Shown one piece after another: positions 19,258 through 28,168 of a DNA stretch of 64,000 nucleotides. The stretch lies in NCBI GenBank assembly GCA_021324655.1, contig JAJPIP010000035.1, positions 86,121 to 150,120 of the forward strand. The letters are read 5' to 3'. The position numbers were made by a program, and so were the translations under genes. Origin of the DNA: Pseudomonadota bacterium. GTDB lineage: Bacteria > Chloroflexota > UBA5177. The notes beneath the pieces are model-generated. The model did not search any database. It saw only the letters and a program-made list of their open reading frames with translations, and was not told the origin of the DNA. Every line of letters starts with the position of its first letter. Within the stretch, counting starts at the first letter, position 1.

Positions 19258-19995
19258 ATGCCGCTGATGGCGGCCCATCCCCTTGCTCTGGCCCAGTTAC
19301 CGGACGCGCCGGGTATCTATCGTGTGCGGCGCTCTGGCGCCGGCGGCCTGCTCTGGGTCGGGCCGGCGGAAGGGGGAGTACGGGCAGCGGTAGAGCGTCT
19401 CTCCCGCCAGGTCCATCTGCCCGTGCCGCCCTACGATGACCCTGCTCACCCGGCGCGCCGGCTGTGGTCGCTCCGCCGCATGGGGGCAGCATTCGAGGTC
19501 TCCGGAGCAGATGTCCCGGACCCGATCGCGGCCGCCGCCCGAGCACGGCGCACTATGGTGGAAGGAGAGAGGCGAGTGAGTGAGGAGGATGTGGTGAGCG
19601 AGAGTAACGATCTGGATATCATCGGCCTGGAGCGCGCGCTCTGGGCCGCCATCGCCGGGCGGCAGGAGGAGCGGATCGCCGGCTTGCTGACAGACGACTT
19701 CCTCTACGTGTCGCCCGCGGGTATCCACGATAAGGGGCAAACGCTGCAGACGTTCAGCGAGACCGTCCTCTCCTGGCATACTCTCGATGGCTTCCGTGTG
19801 GTGCGTCCCACCGCGGACAGCGCCGTCGTGACGTACCACGTCATCGAAACGGTGCGGCCGGCCGATCGGCCCGACAACGCCGTGCAAAGTGGGGCGTTCG
19901 CTACCTCGGTCTGGGCGCAGCTCGAGGAGGGATGGCGCCTGGTCGTCCACAGCGAGGCCGCGGACGGCCAGCCCGCTAATCTCGGCCCCGCCTAA
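19258..19995 (+). CDS. Fusion protein: UvrC-like GIY-YIG domain + SnoaL/DUF4440-like (NTF2 fold) domain
   Basis: N-terminus PGIYRVRRSGAGGLLWVGPAEGGVRAAVERLS parallels UvrC [26 protein letters not shown]. The C-terminal ~120 aa is NTF2/SnoaL-like (LERALWAAIAGRQEERIAGLLTDDFLYVSPAG...WRLVVHSEA). The start could instead be the GTG at 19204. Confidence 0.5.
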   Translation: MPLMAAHPLALAQLPDAPGIYRVRRSGAGGLLWVGPAEGGVRAAVERLSRQVHLPVPPYDDPAHPARRLWSLRRMGAAFEVSGADVPDPIAAAARARRTMVEGERRVSEEDVVSESNDLDIIGLERALWAAIAGRQEERIAGLLTDDFLYVSPAGIHDKGQTLQTFSETVLSWHTLDGFRVVRPTADSAVVTYHVIETVRPADRPDNAVQSGAFATSVWAQLEEGWRLVVHSEAADGQPANLGPA

Positions 19996-20063
19996 CTCCG
20001 ACTTGCCCTTCCCGTCAAGGTGGGTTAGAATGACCGCAGGCATGTCATGTCAAGGGGGACGGT

Positions 20064-20396
20064 ATGACAGTGCAGGAAGAGCAGGGAGTCGCGTTTATCA
20101 CGCTATATGCGCGCATCCTGAACGAGTTGGCGAAGAACCCGCGAATGGCCCAGGAAGCGTTGGCGCGGCGCCTGAATGTCACCATGCGCACTGTCCAACG
20201 ACACCTGACTGATCTCGAGGGCGACGGCTACATTCACGTCCAGCGCGACCGCAAGCCGTTTACCTATGAGATCGCCTGGGAGCGCCCGCTGCCGCACTTC
20301 CAGCAGCTACAAGTCAAGACGTTCCGGCCCGATATGGTGGACGCCATCGCGAAGATGGAAGGCGTCGCCGACATCGTGGAGTCGGTAACGGGCTAG
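20064..20396 (+). CDS. Winged-helix transcriptional regulator (MarR/ArsR-like HTH)
   Basis: 110 aa. HTH segment MAQEALARRLNVTMRTVQRHLTDLEGDGYI. RBS AAGGGGGA. Confidence 0.55.
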   Translation: MTVQEEQGVAFITLYARILNELAKNPRMAQEALARRLNVTMRTVQRHLTDLEGDGYIHVQRDRKPFTYEIAWERPLPHFQQLQVKTFRPDMVDAIAKMEGVADIVESVTG

Positions 20397-20400
20397 GACC

Positions 20401-21210
20401 TTACGCGTCCGGAGACCGCGCGCCGGCGCTCGGCACGTGGGCGAAGGCCAATGCGTCGCGACTCACGACCTCGTACATGCGTGCCAGATCGCCGTGGAAC
20501 TCCTCAGGCAGGTCGTGGAGGGGCAGCGGCCCGAGCCGTTTCAGAATAGCTTGTGGCACGCCGGGCGGAGAGATCTGAATGCCGATCTCGTCCAGATCGT
20601 CGCCGGCCTCCCAGAAGTCCCCGATATGCTCCTCCAGCGGCTCTGACGCGACCTTGGGAGCACGTGCCGACGGAGGACGCTCCGGCCGCTGACCGCGCAG
20701 CGCTGCCATCAGTTGTTCGCGGGTCTTGCCACGCAGCTGGAACAGGAGGAAGGGGTCGCGGTCGAACTCCGAGCCGAGCACGTAATAGACCGCGGCCACG
20801 TGCTTGCACGGGCTTGCCCAGTCGGGGCAGGTGCACGACATGATCAACTCTTCCCCTGACTTGGGGAAGAGCGACACATCGGCTGCCGAGAAGATTTCCT
20901 CAATATCGCGCGGCATCTCACCCGAGAGGAGGCGCGCGGCGTAGATCGCCTTGCGCCGCAAGAGACCGATGACCTTGCTCCAGTCGGACCGGGCGATCGG
21001 CTTCAGGCCGATCTCCACTCGGTACGGCTGCTTCCGCGATCCCTGCACCTTGGCTCGTACCAGACCGGGCTGGATATCAATATCGATAACATTCCCATGC
21101 CGGGCGTAGGAGCGGCCGCGATTGAGGCGAGCGCTCCATCCGAAGCGTTCCAGCACACGAATCCAGCGCTGCGCCCACCAGGACTGCGCGAATTCCGTCT
21201 TGCGGCTCAT
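20401..21210 (-). CDS. SWIM zinc-finger protein
   Basis: SWIM CxCx(n)CxH signature (SCTCPDWASPCKHVAAV). Start at the internal ATG (MSRKTEF), which makes an ATGA overlap with the stop of the upstream SNF2 gene. Confidence 0.75.
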   Translation of the reverse strand: MSRKTEFAQSWWAQRWIRVLERFGWSARLNRGRSYARHGNVIDIDIQPGLVRAKVQGSRKQPYRVEIGLKPIARSDWSKVIGLLRRKAIYAARLLSGEMPRDIEEIFSAADVSLFPKSGEELIMSCTCPDWASPCKHVAAVYYVLGSEFDRDPFLLFQLRGKTREQLMAALRGQRPERPPSARAPKVASEPLEEHIGDFWEAGDDLDEIGIQISPPGVPQAILKRLGPLPLHDLPEEFHGDLARMYEVVSRDALAFAHVPSAGARSPDA

Positions 21211-24173
21211 TCCAGCATCACCGCCTCTCGCCGTAGCTCGAACAGGTTCTTCAACTCGTCGGCGGAGAGCTCGGTCAGCCAGGACTCCCCGGAGCCGACG
21301 ATCTGATTCGCCAGTGCCTTCTTGCTCTCGATCATCTCGTCGATGCGCTCCTCGAGCGTTCCCGAGCAGAGCATCTTGTGGACCTGCACGTTCCGCGTCT
21401 GCCCGATGCGGAAGGCGCGGTCGGTGGCCTGATCCTCGACGGCGGGATTCCACCAGCGGTCGAAATGGAACACGTGGCTGGCGCGCGTCAGGTTGAGCCC
21501 GGTGCCGCCGGCCTTGAGCGACAGGATGAAGATCGGCGGCCCGCGCCGGTCGTTCTGGAAGCGGCTGACCAGTCGGTCACGAATGTGGCGCGGCGTGCCG
21601 CCATGCAGATAGAGGACATCCTTGCCCAGGCGCTCGCGGAGGTAGCTCTGTAGCTCGCGCCCGAACTCGGCGTACTGAGTGAAGATGAGGGCGCGGTCGT
21701 CGGCGGCGATCACCTCCTCCAGCATCTCCTCGAGACGGGCCAGCTTGCCGGAGCGCCCGGAGAGTGGACTGTGATCGCTCAGGAAGTGCGCGGGATGGTT
21801 GCAGACCTGCTTGAGCTTGGTGAGGCTGGCCAGGACCAGTCCCTTGCGCTGCATGCCTTCGGAGGACTCGATCTGTTGCATCATGTCCCGAACCACCGCC
21901 TCGTAGAGGGAGGCTTGCTCCGGAGTGAGTGAGCAGTAGACCTTCATCTCCAGCTTTTCGGGGAGATCGGAGATGATGGTCGGATCGCTCTTGACGCGCC
22001 GCAAGATGAACGGCTGGACCAGGGTGCGCAGCTGCGCCTTGGTGCCGGCATCGTTGCCGCGCTCAATGGGGAGCGCGAAGTTCTTGCGGAAGCGATCGGC
22101 CGAGCCGAGATAGCCCGGGTTCAGGAACTCCATGATGGACCACAGCTCGGAGAGACGATTCTCCACCGGCGTCCCGGTCAGGGCGACTCGAAAATCGGCC
22201 TTGAAAGCGCGCACCGCTTGCGCCTGCTTCGTGCTGGCATTCTTGACGTTTTGCGCCTCGTCCAGCACCACGCCGGCCCACGGCATCGATTCCAGTAATT
22301 CCCGGTCGCGCGCCGCCAAAGCGTAGGTGCTGATGACCAGATCGTGCTTTTTGGCCTCGGTCACGAACCCCTCCCCGGTCAGACGTCCCGGACCGTGGTG
22401 CGTCATGACGGAGAGGGAGGGGGCGAAGCGCCGCAACTCGTGCTCCCAGTTGCCCACGACCGACATGGGACAGATGAGCAGAGTCGGTCCGCTCAGGCCC
22501 TTCTGGTCTTTCAAGCTGAGGAGCATGCTGATCAACTCGACCGTCTTGCCCAGACCCATGTCGTCGGCCAGGCACGGATTGAGCCCGCGCTCGAGCAGGA
22601 AGTACATCCAGGAGACGCCGCGCTCCTGATAGGGGCGAAGCTCGCCGACAAAGCCGGCAGGTTTCTCCAGATCGGGAATGTGCCCGTCTTTCTCAAAGAG
22701 AGCGTTGAGCCAGCCCTCCGTCTCCACCGATTCGACAGGGAGATCGGAATCCAGTTCGCTGGTGCCGGCCGCCAGCGACAGCGCCTTGGCCAGCGGCAGC
22801 GTGTCGCCTCCGTTCTTCTCCCAGAAATCCTGGGCTTTCTTGACGTCCTCCGGATTCAGCTCGACCCATTCCCCGCGCACCCGGACCAGCGGCGCCTTCA
22901 GCGAGGCGAGCTTGGCGAACTCCTCGGGAGAGACGCCCTTGCCGCCCAGGGAGAGCTGCCAGTCGTAGTGGACGAGCGAATCGAGACCTAGAACGCTGCT
23001 GCCGTTGCCGTTGGCGTTGCCCGGTGCCAGGCGAATGCGCGCCGCCAGCCCCCGGCGGCGATTGAGCCACCAGTGCGGGACGATGACGCCCATGCCGCTC
23101 TCCTCCAGAATCGGCGCTGCTTCACGGAGGAAGGTATGCGCCTGGTGGACGGACAGGTGCGCGATTTCGGGATGGGCCGTCTTGAGCGACTTCTCCAGGG
23201 GCGGAAAGATACGCATCGCCGTCCCGAGATCGGACAGCAGTTTTTCCTGGGCGCGCCCCTGCTTGGCTTTGACCAGGTTCCAGCCGTTCCCGCGCTGCTT
23301 CCAGACCTGTCCGACAGGGACGAGGAGGCTGGGATCCTCCACCGATTGGAGGAAGAAACGCAGAATCCAGGGAGCCCGCGGATTGGAGGGAGATTCCAGG
23401 CGGAAAGTGGTCCGGAACGCCTCGTTAGCAACGACCTGCAAGGGCTCCAGCCACTTGCGAACGGCACCACGCAGCCGCTGATCGATCTTGATCGTGGTCG
23501 GCGTCTCCTCGTCGCGCGGCCGGGCGAGACTGAGGAGCCAGATGTAGGCCTGAGCGCGATTGCCCTGGCTGATGCGCGGCGGGACGCTCGGCTCCCAGCG
23601 CGCCAATGACTGGCGGCAGAGCGCGTCGATGGTGGTGCGGACAAAGGAGTCGAGGATGGTTGTCCCCGAGGGCGGCGAGCCGTGGGGCATGAGGGCACGG
23701 CAAACCGGAGGCATGGCGCGCGCCAGCCGCGCGAAGCGCTGACGATCATCGCCGGTCAGAACCGGCTGCCAGAGAGCGACGTTATGGTCGTTGATGGCAG
23801 GCACGTACCGCTCGCGCGCCAGCATTTCCAGCGTGAAGCGCGCCGTGATCTGCCAGAAGCGAAGGTCGTCGCCCATATTCTCGTCGGGCGAGAGCGTCAG
23901 CAGATGGAACATGGCGTCGACCGCCGGCAATTTGAGTCCGCTGACCTCGAAAGGTGTCAGGATGGCGTCTTCCGATGAATCGGACGACGAGAGCGGCCGG
24001 CCGTCGACGGCCGGCATGAGGAGAGAGACACTGGCCGCTTCTCCTTGCAGAAGCGGGAATCTCTCGCGCAGTTCGTCCGCATTCAGGATGCGTTCGTTGT
24101 CGTCGTCCAGCCGTTCGGCCCACAGGAAGAGTGAGCCTCCGTTCGGCTCAGGACGCCAGAGACCGTGGAGCAC
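21207..24173 (-). CDS. SNF2-family DEAD/H helicase (Swi2/Snf2 ATPase) with large N-terminal domain
   Basis: Helicase motif I DDMGLGKT, motif II DEAQNVKN, HELICc region (LKAGGTGLNLTRASHVFHFDRWWNPAVEDQATDRAFRIGQ). 988 aa. Confidence 0.85.
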   Translation of the reverse strand: MLHGLWRPEPNGGSLFLWAERLDDDNERILNADELRERFPLLQGEAASVSLLMPAVDGRPLSSSDSSEDAILTPFEVSGLKLPAVDAMFHLLTLSPDENMGDDLRFWQITARFTLEMLARERYVPAINDHNVALWQPVLTGDDRQRFARLARAMPPVCRALMPHGSPPSGTTILDSFVRTTIDALCRQSLARWEPSVPPRISQGNRAQAYIWLLSLARPRDEETPTTIKIDQRLRGAVRKWLEPLQVVANEAFRTTFRLESPSNPRAPWILRFFLQSVEDPSLLVPVGQVWKQRGNGWNLVKAKQGRAQEKLLSDLGTAMRIFPPLEKSLKTAHPEIAHLSVHQAHTFLREAAPILEESGMGVIVPHWWLNRRRGLAARIRLAPGNANGNGSSVLGLDSLVHYDWQLSLGGKGVSPEEFAKLASLKAPLVRVRGEWVELNPEDVKKAQDFWEKNGGDTLPLAKALSLAAGTSELDSDLPVESVETEGWLNALFEKDGHIPDLEKPAGFVGELRPYQERGVSWMYFLLERGLNPCLADDMGLGKTVELISMLLSLKDQKGLSGPTLLICPMSVVGNWEHELRRFAPSLSVMTHHGPGRLTGEGFVTEAKKHDLVISTYALAARDRELLESMPWAGVVLDEAQNVKNASTKQAQAVRAFKADFRVALTGTPVENRLSELWSIMEFLNPGYLGSADRFRKNFALPIERGNDAGTKAQLRTLVQPFILRRVKSDPTIISDLPEKLEMKVYCSLTPEQASLYEAVVRDMMQQIESSEGMQRKGLVLASLTKLKQVCNHPAHFLSDHSPLSGRSGKLARLEEMLEEVIAADDRALIFTQYAEFGRELQSYLRERLGKDVLYLHGGTPRHIRDRLVSRFQNDRRGPPIFILSLKAGGTGLNLTRASHVFHFDRWWNPAVEDQATDRAFRIGQTRNVQVHKMLCSGTLEERIDEMIESKKALANQIVGSGESWLTELSADELKNLFELRREAVMLE

Positions 24174-24477
24174 GTCTAATGGGTTCCCTTATAGGGTGGT
24201 TTGTCGTTGCAGTGTGGTAGATAGGTGTGAACCCTTTGCTATCACCCTTCTATCTGCGCATGCCTGGGACATACATGCGCCCGGTCACGGTTGTTCCCGG
24301 CTCGCTTGCCGGGCCGTGCACCGACGGCCGATGAGACCGTTTCCCGATGCAGCCCTCTGCCCCCGTGAGTCGCTATAGCTGCATTCCGCCAATTATATCA
24401 ACTTTTCGATCTTTTGTGTCGCTCCCTGACGGCACGAAGGATGCGGTGTGGTATCCGACACCTGGAAGGAGGGGCTG

Positions 24478-24720
24478 ATGAAAGTAACACAGGAACTGGC
24501 CCGCGAGCTGTGGGATCAGGCGCCGCACAACTGGAACGACTTCCGGCAGACTCTGCAGTCTGACCATCGTCGTCTGGGCAATCTCGATACGGAGACACGC
24601 GAGCGGTTGGAGCGCCTGGCTCAGACCATGGAACTGGAAGGGAACGGCTTTCCCCATTCGTCGGACGATCTCTACCACCTGCTGGCCAATAGATTGGGTG
24701 TCTCCGAGCCGATCAGCTGA
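24478..24720 (+). CDS. Hypothetical small protein
   Basis: 80 aa. Strong GGAAGGAGGGG RBS before the ATG at 24478. No recognisable motifs. Confidence 0.4.
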   Translation: MKVTQELARELWDQAPHNWNDFRQTLQSDHRRLGNLDTETRERLERLAQTMELEGNGFPHSSDDLYHLLANRLGVSEPIS

Positions 24721-24869
24721 CCAATCACGCCGCCTCGCGGCGCCTGATGGGAAGCTGCTCCTCATGCCGCCGGCTTGCCGATCGCATGGTCCGGCCTCGT
24801 GTTCCTGGTGAGCGTAGCACATGAGAGGGCGGCCAGGACCGATCGTCACATGGCATGGAAGGGAATCTC

Positions 24870-25880
24870 ATGCGTCTACTGATTCTGGGCGGAACTGTGT
24901 TTCTGGGACGTCACCTTGTGCTGGCGGCCCAGGCACGCGGACACGAGATCACGCTCTTCACGCGCGGGAGGCACAATCCCGATCTCTTCCCGGACGTCGA
25001 GCACCGGAGGGGCGATCGGGACGGCAATCTCGGCGCGCTGGAGGCCGGCTCGTGGGATGCCGTCATCGACACCTCCGGCTACGTGCCACGCGTGGTGGGT
25101 GACTCGGCGCGTCTCCTGGCATCGCGGGCCGACCTCTACGCCTTTATCTCCACCATCTCGGTCTATGCGGATAACCGAGCGCCAGCCAATGAAGAGAGCC
25201 CGGTGGGCACACTCGAGGATGAAACCGTGGAGGAGATCACCGGCGAGACCTACGGTCCTCTCAAGGCGCTTTCCGAGGCCGCCGTCGAGGCAGCCTTTCC
25301 CGACCGAGCGTTGATCATCCGGCCCGGGCTCATCGTTGGCCCGGACGATCCGACCGATCGCTTCACTTACTGGCCGCGCCACCTGGCCCGCGGTGGCGAG
25401 GTGCTGGCGCCCGGGACCGGAGAGCCTCCGGTCCAGATTATCGACGTGCGCGATCTCGCCGAGTGGACCATCCGCATGGTGGAGGAGGGGCGAACCGGGG
25501 TGTACAACGCCACCGGGCCGGAGCGGACGTTACCTCTACGAGAGGTGCTGGAAACGAGCCGTGCTGTCGCCGGCAGTGATGCCTCCATCACCTGGGTTCC
25601 GGAAGACTTCCTGCTGGAGCGGGGCGTCGAGCCGTGGAGTGAGCTTCCTCTCTGGGTGCCCGACACCGAGGAGCATTACGGCTTCCACCGCACCAATATC
25701 GACCGCGCGCTCGATGCCGGTCTGACCTTCCGGCCGCTGGAAGACACCATCCGTGACACCCTGACCTGGGACGCGACCCGTCCGCCCGACCACGACATGC
25801 GTGCCGGCCTGACACCGGACCGGGAGACAGAGTTATTGCGCGAGTGGCACGAGACATCACCTGCCGGACATTCTCAGTAG
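24870..25880 (+). CDS. NAD(P)-binding atypical SDR (nucleoside-diphosphate-sugar epimerase-like)
   Basis: N-terminal Rossmann motif LILGGTVFLGRHLV. NAD-dependent epimerase/dehydratase family layout. RBS GGAAGGG. Confidence 0.7.
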   Translation: MRLLILGGTVFLGRHLVLAAQARGHEITLFTRGRHNPDLFPDVEHRRGDRDGNLGALEAGSWDAVIDTSGYVPRVVGDSARLLASRADLYAFISTISVYADNRAPANEESPVGTLEDETVEEITGETYGPLKALSEAAVEAAFPDRALIIRPGLIVGPDDPTDRFTYWPRHLARGGEVLAPGTGEPPVQIIDVRDLAEWTIRMVEEGRTGVYNATGPERTLPLREVLETSRAVAGSDASITWVPEDFLLERGVEPWSELPLWVPDTEEHYGFHRTNIDRALDAGLTFRPLEDTIRDTLTWDATRPPDHDMRAGLTPDRETELLREWHETSPAGHSQ

Positions 25881-26658
25881 TGGCAGAGCCCTGCTCATCT
25901 GCATCAAGTAAATCATCGGTCATGACGACGATGGTGCAGGGGAGCGTGGAGCACGCCGGCCGCGCCAGCGCGGATCAATCGGGCGGCGGGGAAGAGACGT
26001 CGATGGCGGTGGCCGGCGTGAGGGGGAGACGTCCCTGGCCCGTGGGGTACCGAGCCGGCCGCGAGATCACCAGGTCGGGCGGCACCGGGCAGAGCATCTC
26101 CGGCGGGATGACCGGCCCACGATTCTGCGTACGACGACTGAGCCAGCTGAACTGAGCGAACCGCCCCTGCTCACCGAAGACCACCACCGGGTCGAGCCAG
26201 TCAGGAGAGGGACACCTCGCAGATGTCGCCCTGGGCGCTGCTAGGGTGGGGATATCGTCCAGGAGCAGGCACTCCCGGGGGGGAGATCGGCCTCACCCTA
26301 CTCTCCCCAGGCGCCCCCTGTCGCGACATAGGTTTTTCTGGCAGCAGATGGGCTTGTCCCGGCCAGTCGCGGCATGGTCATCGTCGGGGCCGGCTCCGCC
26401 GCGCCCGCCTTCTCCCTCGCACCGCATCGTCTGGGATTGCCACGCCCTCTATCCGCGCCCGCACGCCAGATCGGACATTGCGGCGCGAGAGGCCGGGGAG
26501 GGCACGGCAGGAGCCGGCCCCTACGCCACGATGGTGACGACACGCAGGGACAAGCCCTGCGCCTACAATGATCGCGGCCTCCGCCCTGGGTCCGGCGCGA
26601 ACAGGGACCTCTTGCGTCTTCCGTGTCAGGGCGCTACTGTTGGGCAGGATCGAGCCCT

Positions 26659-27102
26659 GTGCTGCCCCTCTCTCTCACCCGCGGCATCCTCGCTGCGCTC
26701 ACCGCCGGTGCCCTTCTCGTCGCGACGTCCAAGACAGACATCGCGGGGGCGTGCGCCCTCAGCACGGCTCCATCAGCCGCCAGGCCCGTGCTTCGGCTGC
26801 ATTGCGGGATCCCGAACAGGCAGGAGATCGTGACCTGCCTCCTGTCCGGCCGTGGCTTCCACCCGCACGAGCGCGTCCACATCACTTACCGCCTCACCTT
26901 CACGGCCCTCCCTCGTGTCCACGGCCACCTTCCAGGCAAAGTTTATTCACGCGCCGCCGTCACCAATCGCAAGGGGGCCTTCCAGCGGCCGCCGCTACGC
27001 TTTACGGTGGTCAAATACCAGGAGTCGTTCCGCCTGGTGGTCGCGGCCGTCGGCGCCGCGGGTGACCGGGCGACGATCGGACTCGAATCGATCGCCCAGT
27101 AG
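26659..27102 (+). CDS. Possible secreted hypothetical protein
   Basis: Only ORF with protein-like composition in a 1.5-kb gene-poor stretch. Signal-peptide-like N-terminus (ILAALTAGALLVATS). GTG start assumed. Weak. Confidence 0.25.
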   Translation: MLPLSLTRGILAALTAGALLVATSKTDIAGACALSTAPSAARPVLRLHCGIPNRQEIVTCLLSGRGFHPHERVHITYRLTFTALPRVHGHLPGKVYSRAAVTNRKGAFQRPPLRFTVVKYQESFRLVVAAVGAAGDRATIGLESIAQ

Positions 27103-27377
27103 AGGCTAAGGGTGGTCGGGAGCCGGTGTCGGCCCTGCCGGACCCGGCCCCGATGGTTGCGGTGTCGCCGGTCCCGGAGGTACTGTCCAGCCGTATCGAC
27201 CGGACGTGTCGCCGGCTTGCACGCATCCAGGATGCGTGAGGCAAAGCCGATCTTGCCGTCCCGGTTGCGGTGATCGGCGAGCAGGGAACGATAGAGGGGG
27301 CCGGAGGCGACACGAGAAAGAAGACACCAACCGCGTCGAGTCCGTTGGGTAGGTGACGGAATGCGGCGTCGAAAGCG

Positions 27378-27824
27378 TCACTCCAGAGGAACAGGCAGCC
27401 CCACAAATGGGTTCGCAATACGTACACCCTCGACGGTTTGACCATCCTGAAGATCCTCGGAGAGCAGGTAATTCACCCCCGCCCGGCGAGCCGCTGTCAC
27501 GATAAGCGCGTCCCAGAACGACAGTTGACGGCGCTCGCCGATCTCACTCGCCTCGACGATCGTGGCCACGTCGATCGATTGGACCGGCCAGCTGTGATAG
27601 GCGGCGATCACCCGGCGGGCCACGGGTGGATCAAGTGGAGCCGGCACCTTGCGCGTGACCGTGACATAGAACTCCTGCAGAACCTGCGTGCTCAACGTCC
27701 CCTGGCGCTTCTCCCACAAGTGTGCGAGAAGATCGCGGGCGATCTCGTGCTTTTTGCCTGCGTCGACATCGTAGGCGTAGACGAGGATATTGGTATCCAC
27801 AAAGACCAGTGACTCAGCGCTCAT
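27378..27824 (-). CDS. vapC: PIN-domain ribonuclease toxin (VapC)
   Basis: N-terminal FVDTNILVYA with conserved acidic residues (D...E...D). Start at the internal ATG (MSAESLVFVDTN). Overlaps the antitoxin by 11 nt. Confidence 0.8.
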   Translation of the reverse strand: MSAESLVFVDTNILVYAYDVDAGKKHEIARDLLAHLWEKRQGTLSTQVLQEFYVTVTRKVPAPLDPPVARRVIAAYHSWPVQSIDVATIVEASEIGERRQLSFWDALIVTAARRAGVNYLLSEDLQDGQTVEGVRIANPFVGLPVPLE

Positions 27825-28053
27825 GCAACTCGTCACGCCGTGGGAGGACACCACCACCTAGATGGAAGCCGGTCTCCAGATCGACGAGAGCCCGGCGGCG
27901 GGCCGCTTGGTATCGCTCCTGGTCACCCACCAGCCGTTCCAGCTCGCGGGCGACCAGCCCACTGATTGAGAGATCCTGCTCGACCGCCAATATCCGTGCC
28001 TTACGAATAATCTCAGCGTCGAGCTGGATAGTGAGATTGCGTTTGCCCGCCAT
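27814..28053 (-). CDS. vapB: Ribbon-helix-helix antitoxin (VapB-like)
   Basis: 79 aa (MAGKRNLTIQLDAEIIRKARILAVEQDLSISGLVARELERL), typical of an RHH/CopG antitoxin. Sits immediately upstream of and overlapping vapC. Confidence 0.6.
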   Translation of the reverse strand: MAGKRNLTIQLDAEIIRKARILAVEQDLSISGLVARELERLVGDQERYQAARRRALVDLETGFHLGGGVLPRRDELHER

Positions 28054-28067
28054 AGCGATAGTCCTTC

Positions 28068-28100
28068 CACGTAGAATACGTATACCACGCATTATACGTG
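28068..28100. promoter_or_regulatory. Putative vapBC operator: inverted repeat CACGTA-N21-TACGTG with central palindromic TACGTA
   Basis: Seen directly in an AT-richer stretch 15-47 bp upstream of the vapB start codon. RHH antitoxins usually autoregulate through such repeats. Confidence 0.35.
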
Positions 28101-28168
28101 GACAGAGCTTCCTTCTATTGTAGGGTGTTTCCGGCCGCGGCTGATCCTGGCGGCACGGCCTCAGATGG

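Noticed and set aside
22344-23749. Several 150-250 aa ORFs on both strands within 22.0-24.1 kb
   Set aside because: All lie inside the SNF2 helicase gene. They are alternative or antisense frames without motifs.
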